From Octopus vulgaris (taxonomy: Eukaryota): DNA of 64,000 nt. The DNA is taken from the NCBI GenBank assembly GCA_951406725.2, contig OX597839.1, positions 38,936,001 to 39,000,000 on the forward strand. The letters run 5' to 3'. Positions 24,940 through 37,857 of this stretch are shown one piece after another. The translations under genes and the position numbers were made by a program. The number at the start of each line of letters is the position of its first letter. Position 1 is the stretch's first letter. The notes beneath the pieces were generated by a model that saw only the letters and a program-made list of their open reading frames with translations, was not told the DNA's origin and ran no database searches.

Positions 24940-25410
24940 ATGGCTTCATATCGTGTACTGTATGTGACTTCATATCGTGTACTGTATGTATAGAATGTGT
25001 AAATTATGCAATGTGAGCATGTTGTATAACGTATTACGTTTTCCACACAGTGTGTTGTACAATGTCTGTTATGCAAAGTGTGTTATGCAATGTATGTATA
25101 TTATGCCCTGTGTCCCATATCACGCAATATGTACATGTTATGAAACAAGTGTGTTGGTATTGTGTGTATGTTAGGTAACGCGAAAATGACATGTAATGTG
25201 GGTTATGCAATGTGTGTTTTGCAACATGTGTTATGCAATGTGCGTTATGTATGTATTGTGCAGTATGGTTTATGGGAAATGTCATGCAACTTGTACTATG
25301 CAATGTTTGTATTATACAATGTGTGTTATGTGTGTATTATGCAGTATGCATTTTGTGAAATGTCATGCAACTTGTACTATGTAATGTCTGCATTATGCAA
25401 TGTGTGCATG
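24940..25410. repeat. Degenerate TGTGTTATGCAA-type minisatellite
   Basis: Recurrent TATGCAATGT and GAAATGTCATGCAACTTGTACTATG. Confidence 0.75.
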
Positions 25411-25419
25411 TAACACATT

Positions 25420-25660
25420 TAAAGTATAATGCTCCATCCCGAATCATATAAACTCATAGGGCGATTCTTTGGCGTGTATATACACTCCACTGGGCAGTAC
25501 ACCAGTCCGTCGTAAGAAACCTTATTTTTGTGAGCTGAGTGGACAGAAGCAGCGCAAAATGAAGGGCCTTGCTCAAGAACGCAAGGTACCGCCGTTCCAG
25601 GAAACCACAATCTTAGGATCATGAGTCCAATACCTTAACCACTAAATCATGTGTCCCCAC
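25420..25660 (-). mobile_element. Diverged SINE family D (same family as 37496-37744)
   Basis: AGCTGAGTGGAC...TTGCTCAAGAAC...TAACCACTAA matches the reverse complement of the 37496 copy. Confidence 0.65.
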
Positions 25661-26239
25661 TTGCGTGCAATGCCTTGGGGGAATATTATGTAGTGTGTGT
25701 ATACTACGTAATGCATGTTATTTTGGCTTATTTTCCAAATTTCTCACCAGTAGAGAAAGAACTGATCTCGAACCTAGAACAACTAGATAATCATACATTT
25801 GATGGCGTATAAGACACACATTTCTCCACCCACAAAAACCTCAAAATAAGAAAATTATCCCGGCTTCTATGTGCGCCACTGCGCCTATATTATATGATTT
25901 AATGCAGTAAAAATTTGTAGAATAGCGTCGTAGATAAAGACGTTGGTTAATGCAGTGCAGTAATCTGGAGGTTCTGTGTTTAATCCCAAGCAAGGGTCTG
26001 AGTCGAATTCCAAGGTAAATTCACAAAACATCATCTGAAGCAAAAAAGACTATGAAACGCAGAGAGCAGAATGAGAACAGTTCACCCCTTTGGATCAAAT
26101 AAAGGGTTAGATTTGAAATTCTGATGCAGCAACTGAATTCATCACAAGACACCCGAAGAAAGCTGGAGTGTACAAAAGCTGAATCGTAGCGAAAGCAACA
26201 ATCGAGACGAAGAGACCAATCTGACTAATATAAACAGTA

Positions 26240-26409
26240 TTCTTTTATTTGTTTCAGTTATTTGACTGTGGCCATGCTGGAGCACAGCCTAGTACCTATT
26301 CTATCGGTCTCTCTGCCGAATCAATAAGTTACGGGGACGTAAACAGACGAACACTAGTTGTGAAGCCTTGATGTAGTGTTGGTGGTGGTGGGGGACATAC
26401 AGCCAGAAA

Positions 26410-26482
<73 letters not shown>

Positions 26483-26590
26483 CGGTTTCTCTGTCGAATC
26501 GCTAAGTTACGGGGACGTAAACAGACGAACACCAGTTGTCAGGCCTTGATGTAGTGGTGGTGGTGGTGGGGGACATACAGCCAGAAAGAC
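26240..26590 (-). mobile_element. SINE family A 3' half, locally duplicated
   Basis: TAAGTTACGGGGACGTAAACAGACGAACAC twice. Confidence 0.75.
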
Positions 26591-27027
26591 ACACACACAT
26601 ATATATATACATACATACATTCATACAAACATACATATATATATACATATATATATATACATACATACACACATACACACATACATACACACATACATAC
26701 ATACATACATACACACATACATACACACATACATACATACACACACACGTATACCATACAAGGATGCGATAGCGAACATACATGACTATATGCGGATACA
26801 CACATACACACACACATACATACATACATACATACATACATACATACATACATACATACATACATACATACATCATACACACATACATACACACTTATGC
26901 ATGCATATATTTCCCAACCATAGATGTATATGTAAACCTAAACAAAGTTTGTGCTTATATAATTCAGCTTCATCGTCATACACATGTGCTGCAAGTTCAT
27001 TATACACACACACACACACAAACACAT

Positions 27028-27080
<53 letters not shown>

Positions 27081-27446
27081 AACTCCATTGTTACATGTTT
27101 GTGTGTGTATACATATATATATATATATATGCATCACTTCAGTGCAGCGATACCCAAAAACAGACACACACACAGATACACACAAGGGCAAAATTACAAT
27201 CATATATGTATGTATATATGCATCCCCTTAGTGCAGCATTATATACGCATTTTTCAAAATTATGCAACATCGCATATGTATATATTTAACTCCAGCAACG
27301 TCAATAATTGGAACAAATGCATAAAATCTGTTAGACGGCGCCGCCATATTCTCGAAGATAGATTCTTGATTTGATAAAGAAAAAAAAAAAACGACAAAAA
27401 TATCTAATGGATACATAAACACGTCAATACATACATTTATACATAC

Positions 27447-27477
<31 letters not shown>

Positions 27478-28061
27478 CCATCTATCATACTTAAGATGGA
27501 TAGTGATAATGACAACAGGATTATGTAATTATTAAGACATTCACGGAAAAAATATGCAGAGAGAGAAGGTGGGAGCGAGAGCTATGCATGTATGTATTGT
27601 ATGGGCGTATGTATTTTAGTATATGGATAAGTTACTGATGAATGTTTCTATATACATGTTTAAGTTTTGTTTGTATGTATAACGTACATACACAAACATT
27701 CCTACACACACACACACTGATTCTGGCACACACGAGCATAAATACATGCATATATCACACTTTTTCTCATCTATACACATATTAAAATTTTTAAGCGCAT
27801 ACTTATATAAATACATATAGACTCTCACTCTATTATCTCTCTCTCTCTCCCTCACACACATACACACACACACTCTCTCTCTATCTCTCTAAACACACAC
27901 ACACACACACATATATATGTATATATATACAAACACATTTAGCTTATACTCATACACGCAATAACACAAATTTACCCGCACCCTCTCTCTCTGCCAGTCT
28001 CAGTTCATCCATAAATACATAGATATGTGTATGTGTGTATGTACATATGTACATGTGTGGG

Positions 28062-28112
<51 letters not shown>

Positions 28113-28115
28113 GGT

Positions 28116-28159
<44 letters not shown>

Positions 28160-28234
28160 TGTATATATGCATACAAACACGTATACACATACACACACAC
28201 ACATATCTATATAACCACTCGCATATCCATTTAT

Positions 28235-28530
28235 AATGAAGTCTGTCCAAAAAGAAACTAAACTTTTTATGATAAATTCATTGTTTTTTGGAACAGGACT
28301 TTATCAGATTTTTTTGCAAAATATCTTCGTTCATTGTTGACTCACGGCTATCGACCTTTCGCTGGTATGATGATAACATCACATGGACCACGGACGATTT
28401 TGGGTCTGGACATCCTGGTTCCAAATGACTCTGCATCGTCCTCGAATGCATTTCTGCAATTTCTTCCAACTCTTTTGTCGTTTGAAATGAGCAAACCTTT
28501 CAAGGATTATTTCAAATTTGGGAACTAAAT
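28235..28530 (-). mobile_element. Possible highly decayed mariner 3' end
   Basis: Minus strand FPNLK*SLKG (compare LFPxLKxxLKG); TIR-like GTCTGTCCAAAAAG. Confidence 0.35.
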
Positions 28531-28550
28531 TAAAAAGGAAGTGAGAGTGA

Positions 28551-28592
<42 letters not shown>

Positions 28593-28654
28593 TTTGTGGT
28601 TAAGGAGTTCGGTTTGCAATCACTTGGTTTCGGTTTCATATATATATATATTCG

Positions 28655-28845
28655 CCGTGATAGATCGCTAGCCACTACACATTCTTTACTTTCTCTCTTT
28701 GTTTCTTTCTGTCATCCTTTCTGTGGAAGAGCGTAAGCTCGAAACGTTAAAGACTTTTTCACTTCCCGAACCTTATACTAATACATCTGTTTGTTGCATA
28801 CACCACCTGTCATCGTCTGTTGTTTTTTTGTGAATTCTCCCTATA
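28655..28845 (+). mobile_element. Penelope-like terminal repeat with hammerhead-like variant (28717-28752)
   Basis: cttt-CTGTGGA-a-gagc gtaa gctc-GAAA-cgtt-aaag. Confidence 0.55.
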
Positions 28846-28852
28846 TGTATAT

Positions 28853-28888
<36 letters not shown>

Positions 28889-28903
28889 GATAAACACATA
28901 AAT

Positions 28904-28994
<91 letters not shown>

Positions 28995-28995
<1 letters not shown>

Positions 28996-29280
28996 AATGT
29001 TATTGGTTGCTCAGGAAAGGAAAGAAAAGAAAGAGGATTTCACGTTTCGAGTGGAGCTCTTCATCAAAAATATAGAAAAAGTCCAAAGAAGGGAAGACGG
29101 AGACAGAAAATAGCCAACGATACTCAGGCGGTCTTCTCCGTCTTTCCTTCTTTGGACGCTCGAAACGTGAAATCGTTCTTTCTTTTCTTTCCTTCCCTGA
29201 GCTTTCCAATAACACTGAACTCATTCCACGTCCTCACATTGTTGTTTTTTCTCTTGCTTGTTCTTCTTTGGATTGACTAT
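28995..29280. mobile_element. Family P1 terminal repeat as an inverted partial duplication
   Basis: TGTTATTGG..GCTCAGGAAAGGAAAG..GATTTCACGTTTCGAG mirrored by CTCGAAACGTGAAATC..CTTTCCTTCCCTGAGC..CCAATAACA. Confidence 0.75.
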
Positions 29281-29350
29281 GTACTGACCCCGGCCTCTGA
29301 CTGACTTTGGAGTATATATATATATATATGATATACTGATATTTTGATAT

Positions 29351-29393
29351 CCACCTGAAGATTGTCGATCAAGACAAGAAACGATTGTAGTGG
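29351..29393 (+). ncRNA. Minimal type I hammerhead ribozyme
   Basis: ccac-CTGAAGA-ttgtc gatcaa gacaa-GAAA-cgattg-TA-gtgg; perfect stems I and II, GUA cleavage triplet. Confidence 0.8.
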
Positions 29394-29481
29394 CGGTGTT
29401 TTTTGACTATTTATTAAAATTTTATGTATTGATTAAGTCTTTCCTTGTTTGTTTTGCAAAATAGTGGTTTTGTCTCTAATA

Positions 29482-29548
<67 letters not shown>

Positions 29549-29740
29549 GTATATATATAATATATATATATATATGACAAGAATAAAAAGAGTCAAAAGG
29601 AAGAGGGAGTACGATTCGACAGCTGTTTAATGACCACTGGTAATTCTATATATTGTGTATATATATGTATGTATGTATATATGTATGTATGTATATATAT
29701 ACATACAACATATATGCACATGCACACACGTATACATGCT

Positions 29741-29780
<40 letters not shown>

Positions 29781-30388
29781 TATATATAAGTCTACATAAA
29801 CAAACATATATATATATACACATAAAAATACATATACATTTATATTCGCACAATCGTATACTTGCATTCATAAATACCTGAGTGGACGCGCGCGCGTGCG
29901 AAGAGATAAATATAGAGAGGTGGAGAGGTGGAGAGGCAGAAAACCGAGAGTGATTAATAGAAACCTCCAATCACGTCCACTATTCACCACTAGGTGTCAT
30001 GCCTGTATGTCCTACATAACCTCTGTTATAGTCTCCATTATATCACGGACAGACGTGACGGATGAACATCAATATTTTTAATTATCATTTTATCACAACT
30101 GAATAGGTTTTGTTTTCACTGTTGTTGTTGTTGTTCGTTATATTATTTTTGTTGTTGTTTCTTTGTTGCTTTTGCTAGTGTGTTTTTTTGTCTGTTTTTG
30201 TTGTTTATCTTTTATCTTTTACTTGTTTCACTCACTGGACTGCGGTCATTTTGAGGCACCACCCTGAGGGGTGTTGTTGAACAAATTATCACCCAGTACA
30301 TAATTTAAAGTCTGGTACTCATTCTATTTATCCTCTATTGCGCAACTACAAAGTTATGAGGTGGTGGGAGTACGTAAACTAATACGGT

Positions 30389-30509
<121 letters not shown>

Positions 30510-30785
30510 GCAAACAAAGTCCCATACCTGCGCACACAGGCGCGCATTCACACACACCCGTGTGCACAGTTTCCGTCTATGAAATTTAGTTCCAAAGAAT
30601 TGGTTTGGTCTCACGATACAGTAGATGTCACAAGCCCAACATACCGCGCAACGTGACTTTGCTAAATCAGTAGTTTCCAACTGGGGTCCATAAGACCCTC
30701 GGAGGTGCATATAAGATTTCGTCGTTAAAATTTATGTGCAACCAATTGGTTATACTTCTACAATTCACTAAATATATTCTCTCTT

Positions 30786-30988
30786 ACACTTTTACTTGTT
30801 TCAATCATTTGACTGTGGCCATGCTGGAGCACTGCCTTTAGTCGAGCTAATCGACCCCAGGACTTATTCTTTGTAAGCCTAGTACTTATTCTATCGGACT
30901 CTTTTTGCCGAACCGCTAGGCTACGGGGACGTAAACACACCAGTATCGGTTGTCAAGCGATGTTGGGGGGACAAAGACAGACACACAA

Positions 30989-31024
<36 letters not shown>

Positions 31025-31180
31025 GAAGGGCTTCTTTCAGTTTCCGTCTACCAAATCCACTCACAAGGCTTTGGTCGGCCCGAGGCTATCGTGGAAGACA
31101 CTTGCCCAAGATGCCACGCAGTGGGACTGAACCCGGAACCATGTGGTTGGTAAGCAAGCTACGTACCACACAGCCACTCC
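30786..31180 (-). mobile_element. SINE family A, near full length
   Basis: Tail-to-head reverse complement match. Confidence 0.92.
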
Positions 31181-31217
31181 TAACAATTTATTTTATACAA
31201 TTCCTATTAATATTTAA

Positions 31218-31430
31218 TCCGTTCTACTGTAGGCACAAGGTCTGAAATTCGGGGGAAGGGATTAAGTCGATTAAATCGACCCCAGTGCGTAAATGGTACT
31301 TCTTTAATCGACCCCGAAAGGATGAAAGGCAAAGTCGACCTCGGCGTAATTTGAGCTCAGAATGTGGTGACAGACGAAATACCGCTAAGTGTTTCGCCAG
31401 GCGTGCTAACGATTCTGCCAGCTCGCCGTC
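31218..31430 (-). mobile_element. SINE family B, alternative tail
   Basis: TTCTACTGTAGGCACAAGG...CTGCCAGCTCGCCG. Confidence 0.88.
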
Positions 31431-31436
31431 TTAATG

Positions 31437-32014
31437 ATACAAAATAGTAAAGCCAGTCGCCACATCAAAGTGGCTGTTGAATGGTACTACTAGTTTAACC
31501 CCAGGCAGATTCTCCGCCAGCTGGTTATCGGTGGGACACTGCACCCTTTATATACAATATATTGTTAGCAGGGGGGAGCGAACCCCTACCGTCCTGTAGC
31601 AGGTATCAAGGATCGCGAGACTGACTTAGTTTCGAGTTCCCCCTGCTAAAAATATATTTATATAAAGGGTGCAGAGTGTCGCACCGATCACCACCTGGCT
31701 GAGAATCTGCCCGGGGTTAAACCAGTAGTAACATTCAACAACCACTTTGATGTGGCGATTGGCTTTACAGGCGGCGAGCTGGCAGAAACGTTAGCGCGAC
31801 GGGCGAAATGCTTAGCGGTATTTCGTCTGCCGTTACGTTGTGAGTTCAAATTCCGCCGAGGTCGACTTTGCCTTTCATTCTTTCGGGGTCGATAAATTAA
31901 GTACCAGTTACGCACTGGGGTCGATGGAATCGACTTAATCGCTTTGTCTGTCCTTGTTTGTCCCCTCTGTGTTTAGCCCCTTGTGGGTAGTAAAGAAATA
32001 TTTACTGTTTAGTA
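31437..32014. mobile_element. Palindromic MITE (~140-bp TIRs); right tip interrupted by a SINE B
   Basis: GTAAAGCCAGTCGCCACATCAAAGTGG...CCACTTTGATGTGGCGATTGGCTTTAC; remaining tip TTTACTGTTTAGTAT lies after the SINE. Confidence 0.85.
31770..32000 (+). mobile_element. SINE family B monomer
   Basis: Full head, core and tail; TTTAC on both sides. Confidence 0.92.
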
Positions 32015-32134
32015 TAGTTACTACTCAGGTCTCTTCGTGAAATTTTAGAACTAATTATTTTATTTGTTGCAAATCAGTGACCGATGGTCACTTTGTTAGC
32101 GGACTCTGGCTATCGCTCTGGCGTACGGGTTCTT

Positions 32135-32179
32135 GCGACTGAGGATGAGCCAAATAGCTCGAAACTGAATCAGTCACGC
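32135..32179 (+). ncRNA. Type I hammerhead ribozyme motif
   Basis: gcga-CTGAGGA-t-gagc caaata gctc-GAAA-ctga a tcag-TC-acgc. Confidence 0.65.
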
Positions 32180-32621
32180 GACCCTGATACCTGCCCGAGG
32201 CTATAGTAAAATACACTTGCCCAAGGAACAATGCAGTGGGACTGAATCCGGAACCATGTGGTTGAGAAGCAAGCTTCTTTTATTCATTCAATTGGCCACA
32301 AGGGCCTCACAAAAAAAGGAAGCTGCGGGTTGGACACGCACATAATGATATGAATGACAAATGAAATGATGAAAAATGAGGGCAACAAGCAACGGCCGCC
32401 GATTGCTGTTTACCCGAAAACATTGTTCTTAGAAGCTTCTTGCCACACGGCCATCGGGTGGTTATGAGAGTCCACCCGAGTAAAATAAGAATCAAAGGTG
32501 TCAATAGGTAAAAAAAAAAAATTGTTGAGAAATCCTGGACTAAACCCTTGAAGACGGTACCCCAGCATGGCCGTAGTCCAGTCACTGAAACTAATAAAAG
32601 AATAAGCGGTATCTTCTCCGT

Positions 32622-33398
32622 AAGCTGGCAGAATCGTTAGCACGCCGGGCGAAACGCTTTGCGGTATTTCGTCTGCCGTTACGTTCTGAGTTTAAATTCC
32701 GCCGAGGTCGACTTTGCCTTTCATCCTTTCGGGGTCGATTAAATAAGTACCAGTTACGCACTGGGGTCGATATAATCGACTCAATCCGTTTGTCTGTCCT
32801 TGTTTGTCCTCTCTGTGTTTAGCCCCTTGTGGGTAGTAAAGAAATAGGTATTTCGTCTGCCGTTACGTTCTGAGTTCAAATTCCGCCGAGGTCGACTTTG
32901 CCTTTCATCCTTTCGAGGTCGATTAAATAAGTACCAGTTACGCACTGCGGTCGATATAATCGACTCAATCCGTTTGTCTGTCCTTGTTTGTCCTCTCTGT
33001 GTTTAGCCCCTTGTGGGTAGTAAAGAAATAGGCATTTCATCTGCCGCTATGTTCTGAGTTCAAAATTCGCCGAGGTCGACTTTGCCTTTCATCCTTTCGG
33101 GGTCGATTAAATAAGTACCAGTTACGCACTGGGGTCGATGGAATCGACTCAAACCGTTTGTCTGTCCTTGTTTGTCCTCTCTGTGTTTAGCCCCTTGTGG
33201 GTAGTAAAGAAATAGGTATTTCGTCTGCCGTTACGTTCTGAGTTCAAATTCCGCCGAGGTCGACTTTGCCTTTCATCCTTTCGGGGTCGATAAATAAGTA
33301 CCAGTTATGCACTGGGGTCGATATAATCGACTCAATCCCTTTGTCTGTCCTTGTTTGTCCTCTCTGTGTTTAGCCCCTTGTGGGTAGTAAAGAAATAT
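32622..33398 (+). mobile_element. SINE family B concatemer: one partial head plus four 184-bp units inside one 13-bp TSD
   Basis: Units start 32663, 32847, 33031, 33215; TSD GTATCTTCTCCGT at 32609-32621 and 33399-33411. Confidence 0.92.
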
Positions 33399-33699
33399 GT
33401 ATCTTCTCCGTTTTTTTTAAATCTAAATTCTAGCGACTGTGGTTTTGTTTTATTTGTAGAAACCCTCTCCAGCCATATTTTTCAAGGAAGAATTCAAATA
33501 TTTAAAAAGGAGAACGTTAACATGTTTATAGGCATGTTATTAACAATAGAAACATCGAAAACAACAAAGAAGAAGAACAGCAAATGCAACAACAATTATA
33601 ACAACATCAATAGTTATACAAAGAGAAAAACAACCAGAAAAAACAACAAAGAGAGTAAAAAGCAACAACAACATCAGTAACAAAAAGGAAGAACAAATT

Positions 33700-34020
33700 G
33701 TAATAAGGATGATGATGATGCTGATGCTGATAATGATTATGGGGACGACGAAGACGATGGCGATGATGATGATGATGATGATGAAAATAATAAAATGAAA
33801 CCGGTGATAATGTTCGTGATGATGATGATGATGATTATGGGAGCGACGAAGACGATGGAGATGATGATGGTGATGATGATGCTGATAATGATTATGGGGG
33901 CGACGAAGACGAAGACGATGGAGATGATGATGATGATGATGAAAATGAAAAAAAATGAAGCTGGTGATAATGATCGTGATGTGATGATGATGATCATGAT
34001 AAAGATGATAAATAACAATA
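33700..34020. repeat. (GAT)n-derived low-complexity tract
   Basis: Direct. Confidence 0.9.
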
Positions 34021-34270
34021 AAAATGTTCTCATAAATTGCAGTTCATTCTGTTTATGTGTTGCCTTTCATTTATCCCCCCCCCCTTCACCCGCCACTCTT
34101 CTCCTGCACCTACTCCTCCTCCTCCTCGCCGTAGTCTACTCTCATTTCTCTCCATATGTTGGACTGTCTCCATTTTTTCAATACCACCTCACTCTCCTTT
34201 TCTATACTGCTTTTCTCTCTCCCCCTTATTCTTCCTTTCTTGCCCTCATCTCTGTCTCTCTCTCTCTCTC

Positions 34271-34325
<55 letters not shown>

Positions 34326-34475
34326 TATACACAAAGATTAATGTATATGTGTATGCGTCTGTGTGTGTGTGTGTGTGTGTGTGTGTATGCACATATATGT
34401 GTATGTCTGCTAATGCACTACATGTACCACGTCCTCGCGTTGTTGATTTTTTTCTTTGTTTTGTTTGGATTATAA

Positions 34476-34509
<34 letters not shown>

Positions 34510-34542
34510 ACATACATACATACATACATACATACATACATA

Positions 34543-34588
<46 letters not shown>

Positions 34589-35137
34589 AATATATATACC
34601 CTTTAATATCAAGCTCCGAAATCAGTGTTCCACTGAAATATCCGAAATCTTTTCTTCCTTTAATATTAATAATGATGATGATGATGATGATGCCAGGAGA
34701 AATAGTAGTAGTAGTAGTAGCAATATCAGCTGCAGTAGTAGTAGTGATTGCAATAATATTCATGATAATAATAATAATTATAATAATCATTGCGATGATG
34801 ATGATGATGATGATTATAATAATCATGGCGATGATGATGATGATGCCGACAATAGATGCGTGAATGAGAAAAATTATTAATCTGCAAAACATATTGTAGT
34901 CTTTTGTCATTTTTGAATAAATAAGAAATATAAAAAATAAAATTCTGATAAAAAAAAAACAAAGCCCAAAGCAAAAAAAAGGAAAAACAACATACAAGCA
35001 AAACAATTTACAAAAAATAAATACAGCACAATATATATCTATATGATAAAAAAAACGGAAAAACGAAATGAAATTCTTCCATTTTGATTCAACATATTTC
35101 TTGTAATTTCCGCCCAACCAGGCATTAGCTACTACTA

Positions 35138-35192
<55 letters not shown>

Positions 35193-35530
35193 ACGTTGTG
35201 TATCGTACACTTTTGCAGAGCGTTGATGATACGACAACGAAAGGGTCCCCCCGAATAAGCGCGATTTATGCCATCTAATGAAGTCACAGAGCTATTTCGT
35301 TCTGACTTTCTCATAGTGTTCTCATGGCAAAGATATTGGGACCACTACCACTACTACTACTACTACTACTACCACTACTACTGGAGAACATTTAATCATT
35401 ATAAGCAAATCATTTGTGCAGATCATCCAGTAAAATCTGAACACTTATACAGCGTCTTCGACTCCTCCTCCTCCTCCTCCTCCTACAACTACTACTACTA
35501 CTGATGATGATGATGACTTCAAATTTTGGC

Positions 35531-35771
35531 AGGAGCCTTCAGAGGACCTTTTGGGTGGGATGGGCTACTTGACCTGATGAAAATTCTAACTTGGCCCCAC
35601 CTGCAAGGTCATGCGCTGTTAATCTTGATATGAGATCACTATGTCGCTCATATATGGTTGTGATGCATGTGCCTGGTGTACCCTTATCAGACGGGTAGTC
35701 ATGATGGGTATACTGGGCTTCGTATATTTTACCCCAGTGTCACTTTGATGGCATGCACTGCTCTCTCACTC
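35531..35771 (+). mobile_element. Left-truncated copy of the 4388-4938 element
   Basis: Near identity; same right end followed by (AAT)n. Confidence 0.85.
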
Positions 35772-35818
<47 letters not shown>

Positions 35819-35836
35819 TGATAATAATAATAATTA

Positions 35837-36618
35837 TTGAGAAGCTCAGGACTCAAAGCAGAAACAGAGGGATTTTTAATTGCAGCACAAGACCAAAGCC
35901 TCCCCACCAGAAATTACCAAAAACATGTAATGAAAAGAAATATTACAAGTAACTGCAGAATATGTGGAGATGGACAAGAAACAATAAATCATATTATCTC
36001 TAGCTGCCCAGTCCTGGCTAAGAAGGAATATATTCACAGACATGACAGAGTTGGAACCTACATACATTGGAAGCTATGCCAACATTATGGAATAACAACA
36101 GAAAAAAGATAGTATAGGCACACACCAGAAAAGGTCTCAGAAAACGAGAAAGCAACCATACTCTGGGATATGCCGATACACACAGATAGAGAAATTAAGG
36201 CCAACAGACCAGATATAGTTGTCAGAGATCATGAAGAAAAAAATGCTTTCTAATTGATGTATCAATACCGGCAGATGACAACGTGTCTCTAAAAGAAATG
36301 GAGAAACTCTCAAAATACAAAGACCTGGAAATAGAGGTAACTAGAATGTGGAATCTGAAAACAGAAACAATTCCTATCATAGTAGGTGCATTAGGCATGA
36401 TAAAAAAATATTCAGACAAATACATAACAAAAACACCAGGACTTACAAACACATATAACATACAGAAAATTGCACTACTAGGCACTGCACACATCCTACG
36501 CAGAACACTTTCCATCCAATAACCATCAGAGAATCACAACAAATCACAGCACATACCCAAGGCACACAGAGCTGCGCTCGGTAGTGAAGTGAAAGCACGC
36601 TATAAAAGTAAAACTACT
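35837..36618 (+). mobile_element. 5'-truncated R4/Dong-like retrotransposon: CCHC knuckle plus RLE endonuclease, in (TAA)n
   Basis: ETEGFLIAAQDQSL, CRICGDGQETINHIISSC, RHDRV, ILWD, RPDIVV; one stop codon and one frameshift. Confidence 0.93.
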
Positions 36619-36619
36619 A

Positions 36620-36660
<41 letters not shown>

Positions 36661-36874
36661 TGACGTCGTTATCATAATCATAATCATCCTCATCGTCAAT
36701 ACTTATTCCAACACAACAACAACAACAATGTTTTTAGTCACCGATTTTTTTTCCTTCGTAGTCTTAATGAATCAATAACGCACTGAAGCGATCAAAAGTT
36801 GTTGGTGCATACATGTGTATACACACACACACACATTTACATACACACACACACGCATATATATATATATCATA

Positions 36875-37171
36875 CTAGCAGTATCGCCCGGCGTTTCTCG
36901 GGTTTGTAAGGGAAATAACTATATAAGCATTTTTAGAAAGTTACTTCCCTTATATAAACCGAGCAAAAAATGCGTTAAAAATGCGAAAAAATGATGGTAA
37001 ATTTTTTTATCATCGTAGACGCGCGCTAATACCCAGAAGGGCTCGATATGAATCACGACTATAAGATACCGGGTTTTGGTTAAACTGCACCGCAAAATGT
37101 GGGAGTAGTTAGGAATCTAAACTGGAGGAGACAGACTTTCACACACACAACTTCAGTTTTATATATAAAGA
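36875..37171 (-). mobile_element. Non-autonomous Helitron, short variant
   Basis: Same termini as 8235-8747. Confidence 0.8.
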
Positions 37172-37212
37172 TGATATGTATATAATATGATTTACAAGCA
37201 TATACACATATG

Positions 37213-37822
37213 TAAAAAGGTATTGCTCTTACATGATAATGCAAGGCCACATGTTGTCAATCAGGAAAAGGTAATGGCACTAAATAGGGAAGGTTTACCT
37301 CATCCTCTTTACTGTTTTGACCTTGCTCCATATGACCATCATCTTTTCAGATCATGCAGCATTTAGGAGAACAGTTTATCTATTGCAATGAGGCTAAAAG
37401 GATTTTATGCCCAAGGGACCAACTATTTTCCAGATAGATGGGATTATGTTATCAACAATAAGGAGAAATATTATCTTGACTGAATATATTAATTAGTGGC
37501 TTAGTGGTTAGTGTGTCAGCATCATGATCGTAACATAGTGGTTTCGATTCCTGGACCGGGCGACGCGTTGTGTTCTTGAGAAAAACACTTCATTTCACGT
37601 TGCTCCAGTCCACTCAGCTGGCAAAAATGAGTAACGCTGCGATGGACTGGCATCCTGTCCAGCTTGGGAACACATACGCCATTGAATCGGGGAAACCGGG
37701 CCCATGAGCCTGTCTAGGCTTTAAAAGGTGCATTTATTATTTTTAATATATTAATTAAGACTAATGAAGTATTTGTTTCTTTCCCACCTTGAAAAGTGAA
37801 AGGACTTTCTTTCAAACCTAAG
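37213..37822 (+). mobile_element. Mariner transposase remnant plus 3' TIR, interrupted by a SINE
   Basis: LLHDNARPHV...LPHPLYCFDLAPYDHHLFRS...DRWDYVINNKEKY; TIR-like ACTTTCTTTCAAACCTAA. Confidence 0.85.
37496..37744 (+). mobile_element. tRNA-derived SINE family D (Nin/Deu-domain-like) with 13-bp TSD
   Basis: TGGCTTAGTGG...GGTTTCGATTCC boxes; CTGCGATGGACTGGCATCCTGTCCAG...GAAACCGGG; TSD AATATATTAATTA at 37483-37495 and 37745-37757. Confidence 0.85.
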
Positions 37823-37857
37823 AATTCTTCACAGACGCGCGGGCGCTCACGGGGATA

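Noticed and set aside
29987-29999. CTCF-like motif CCACTAGGTGTCA (similar one near 20013, minus strand)
   Set aside because: Single imperfect short matches are expected by chance in 64 kb.
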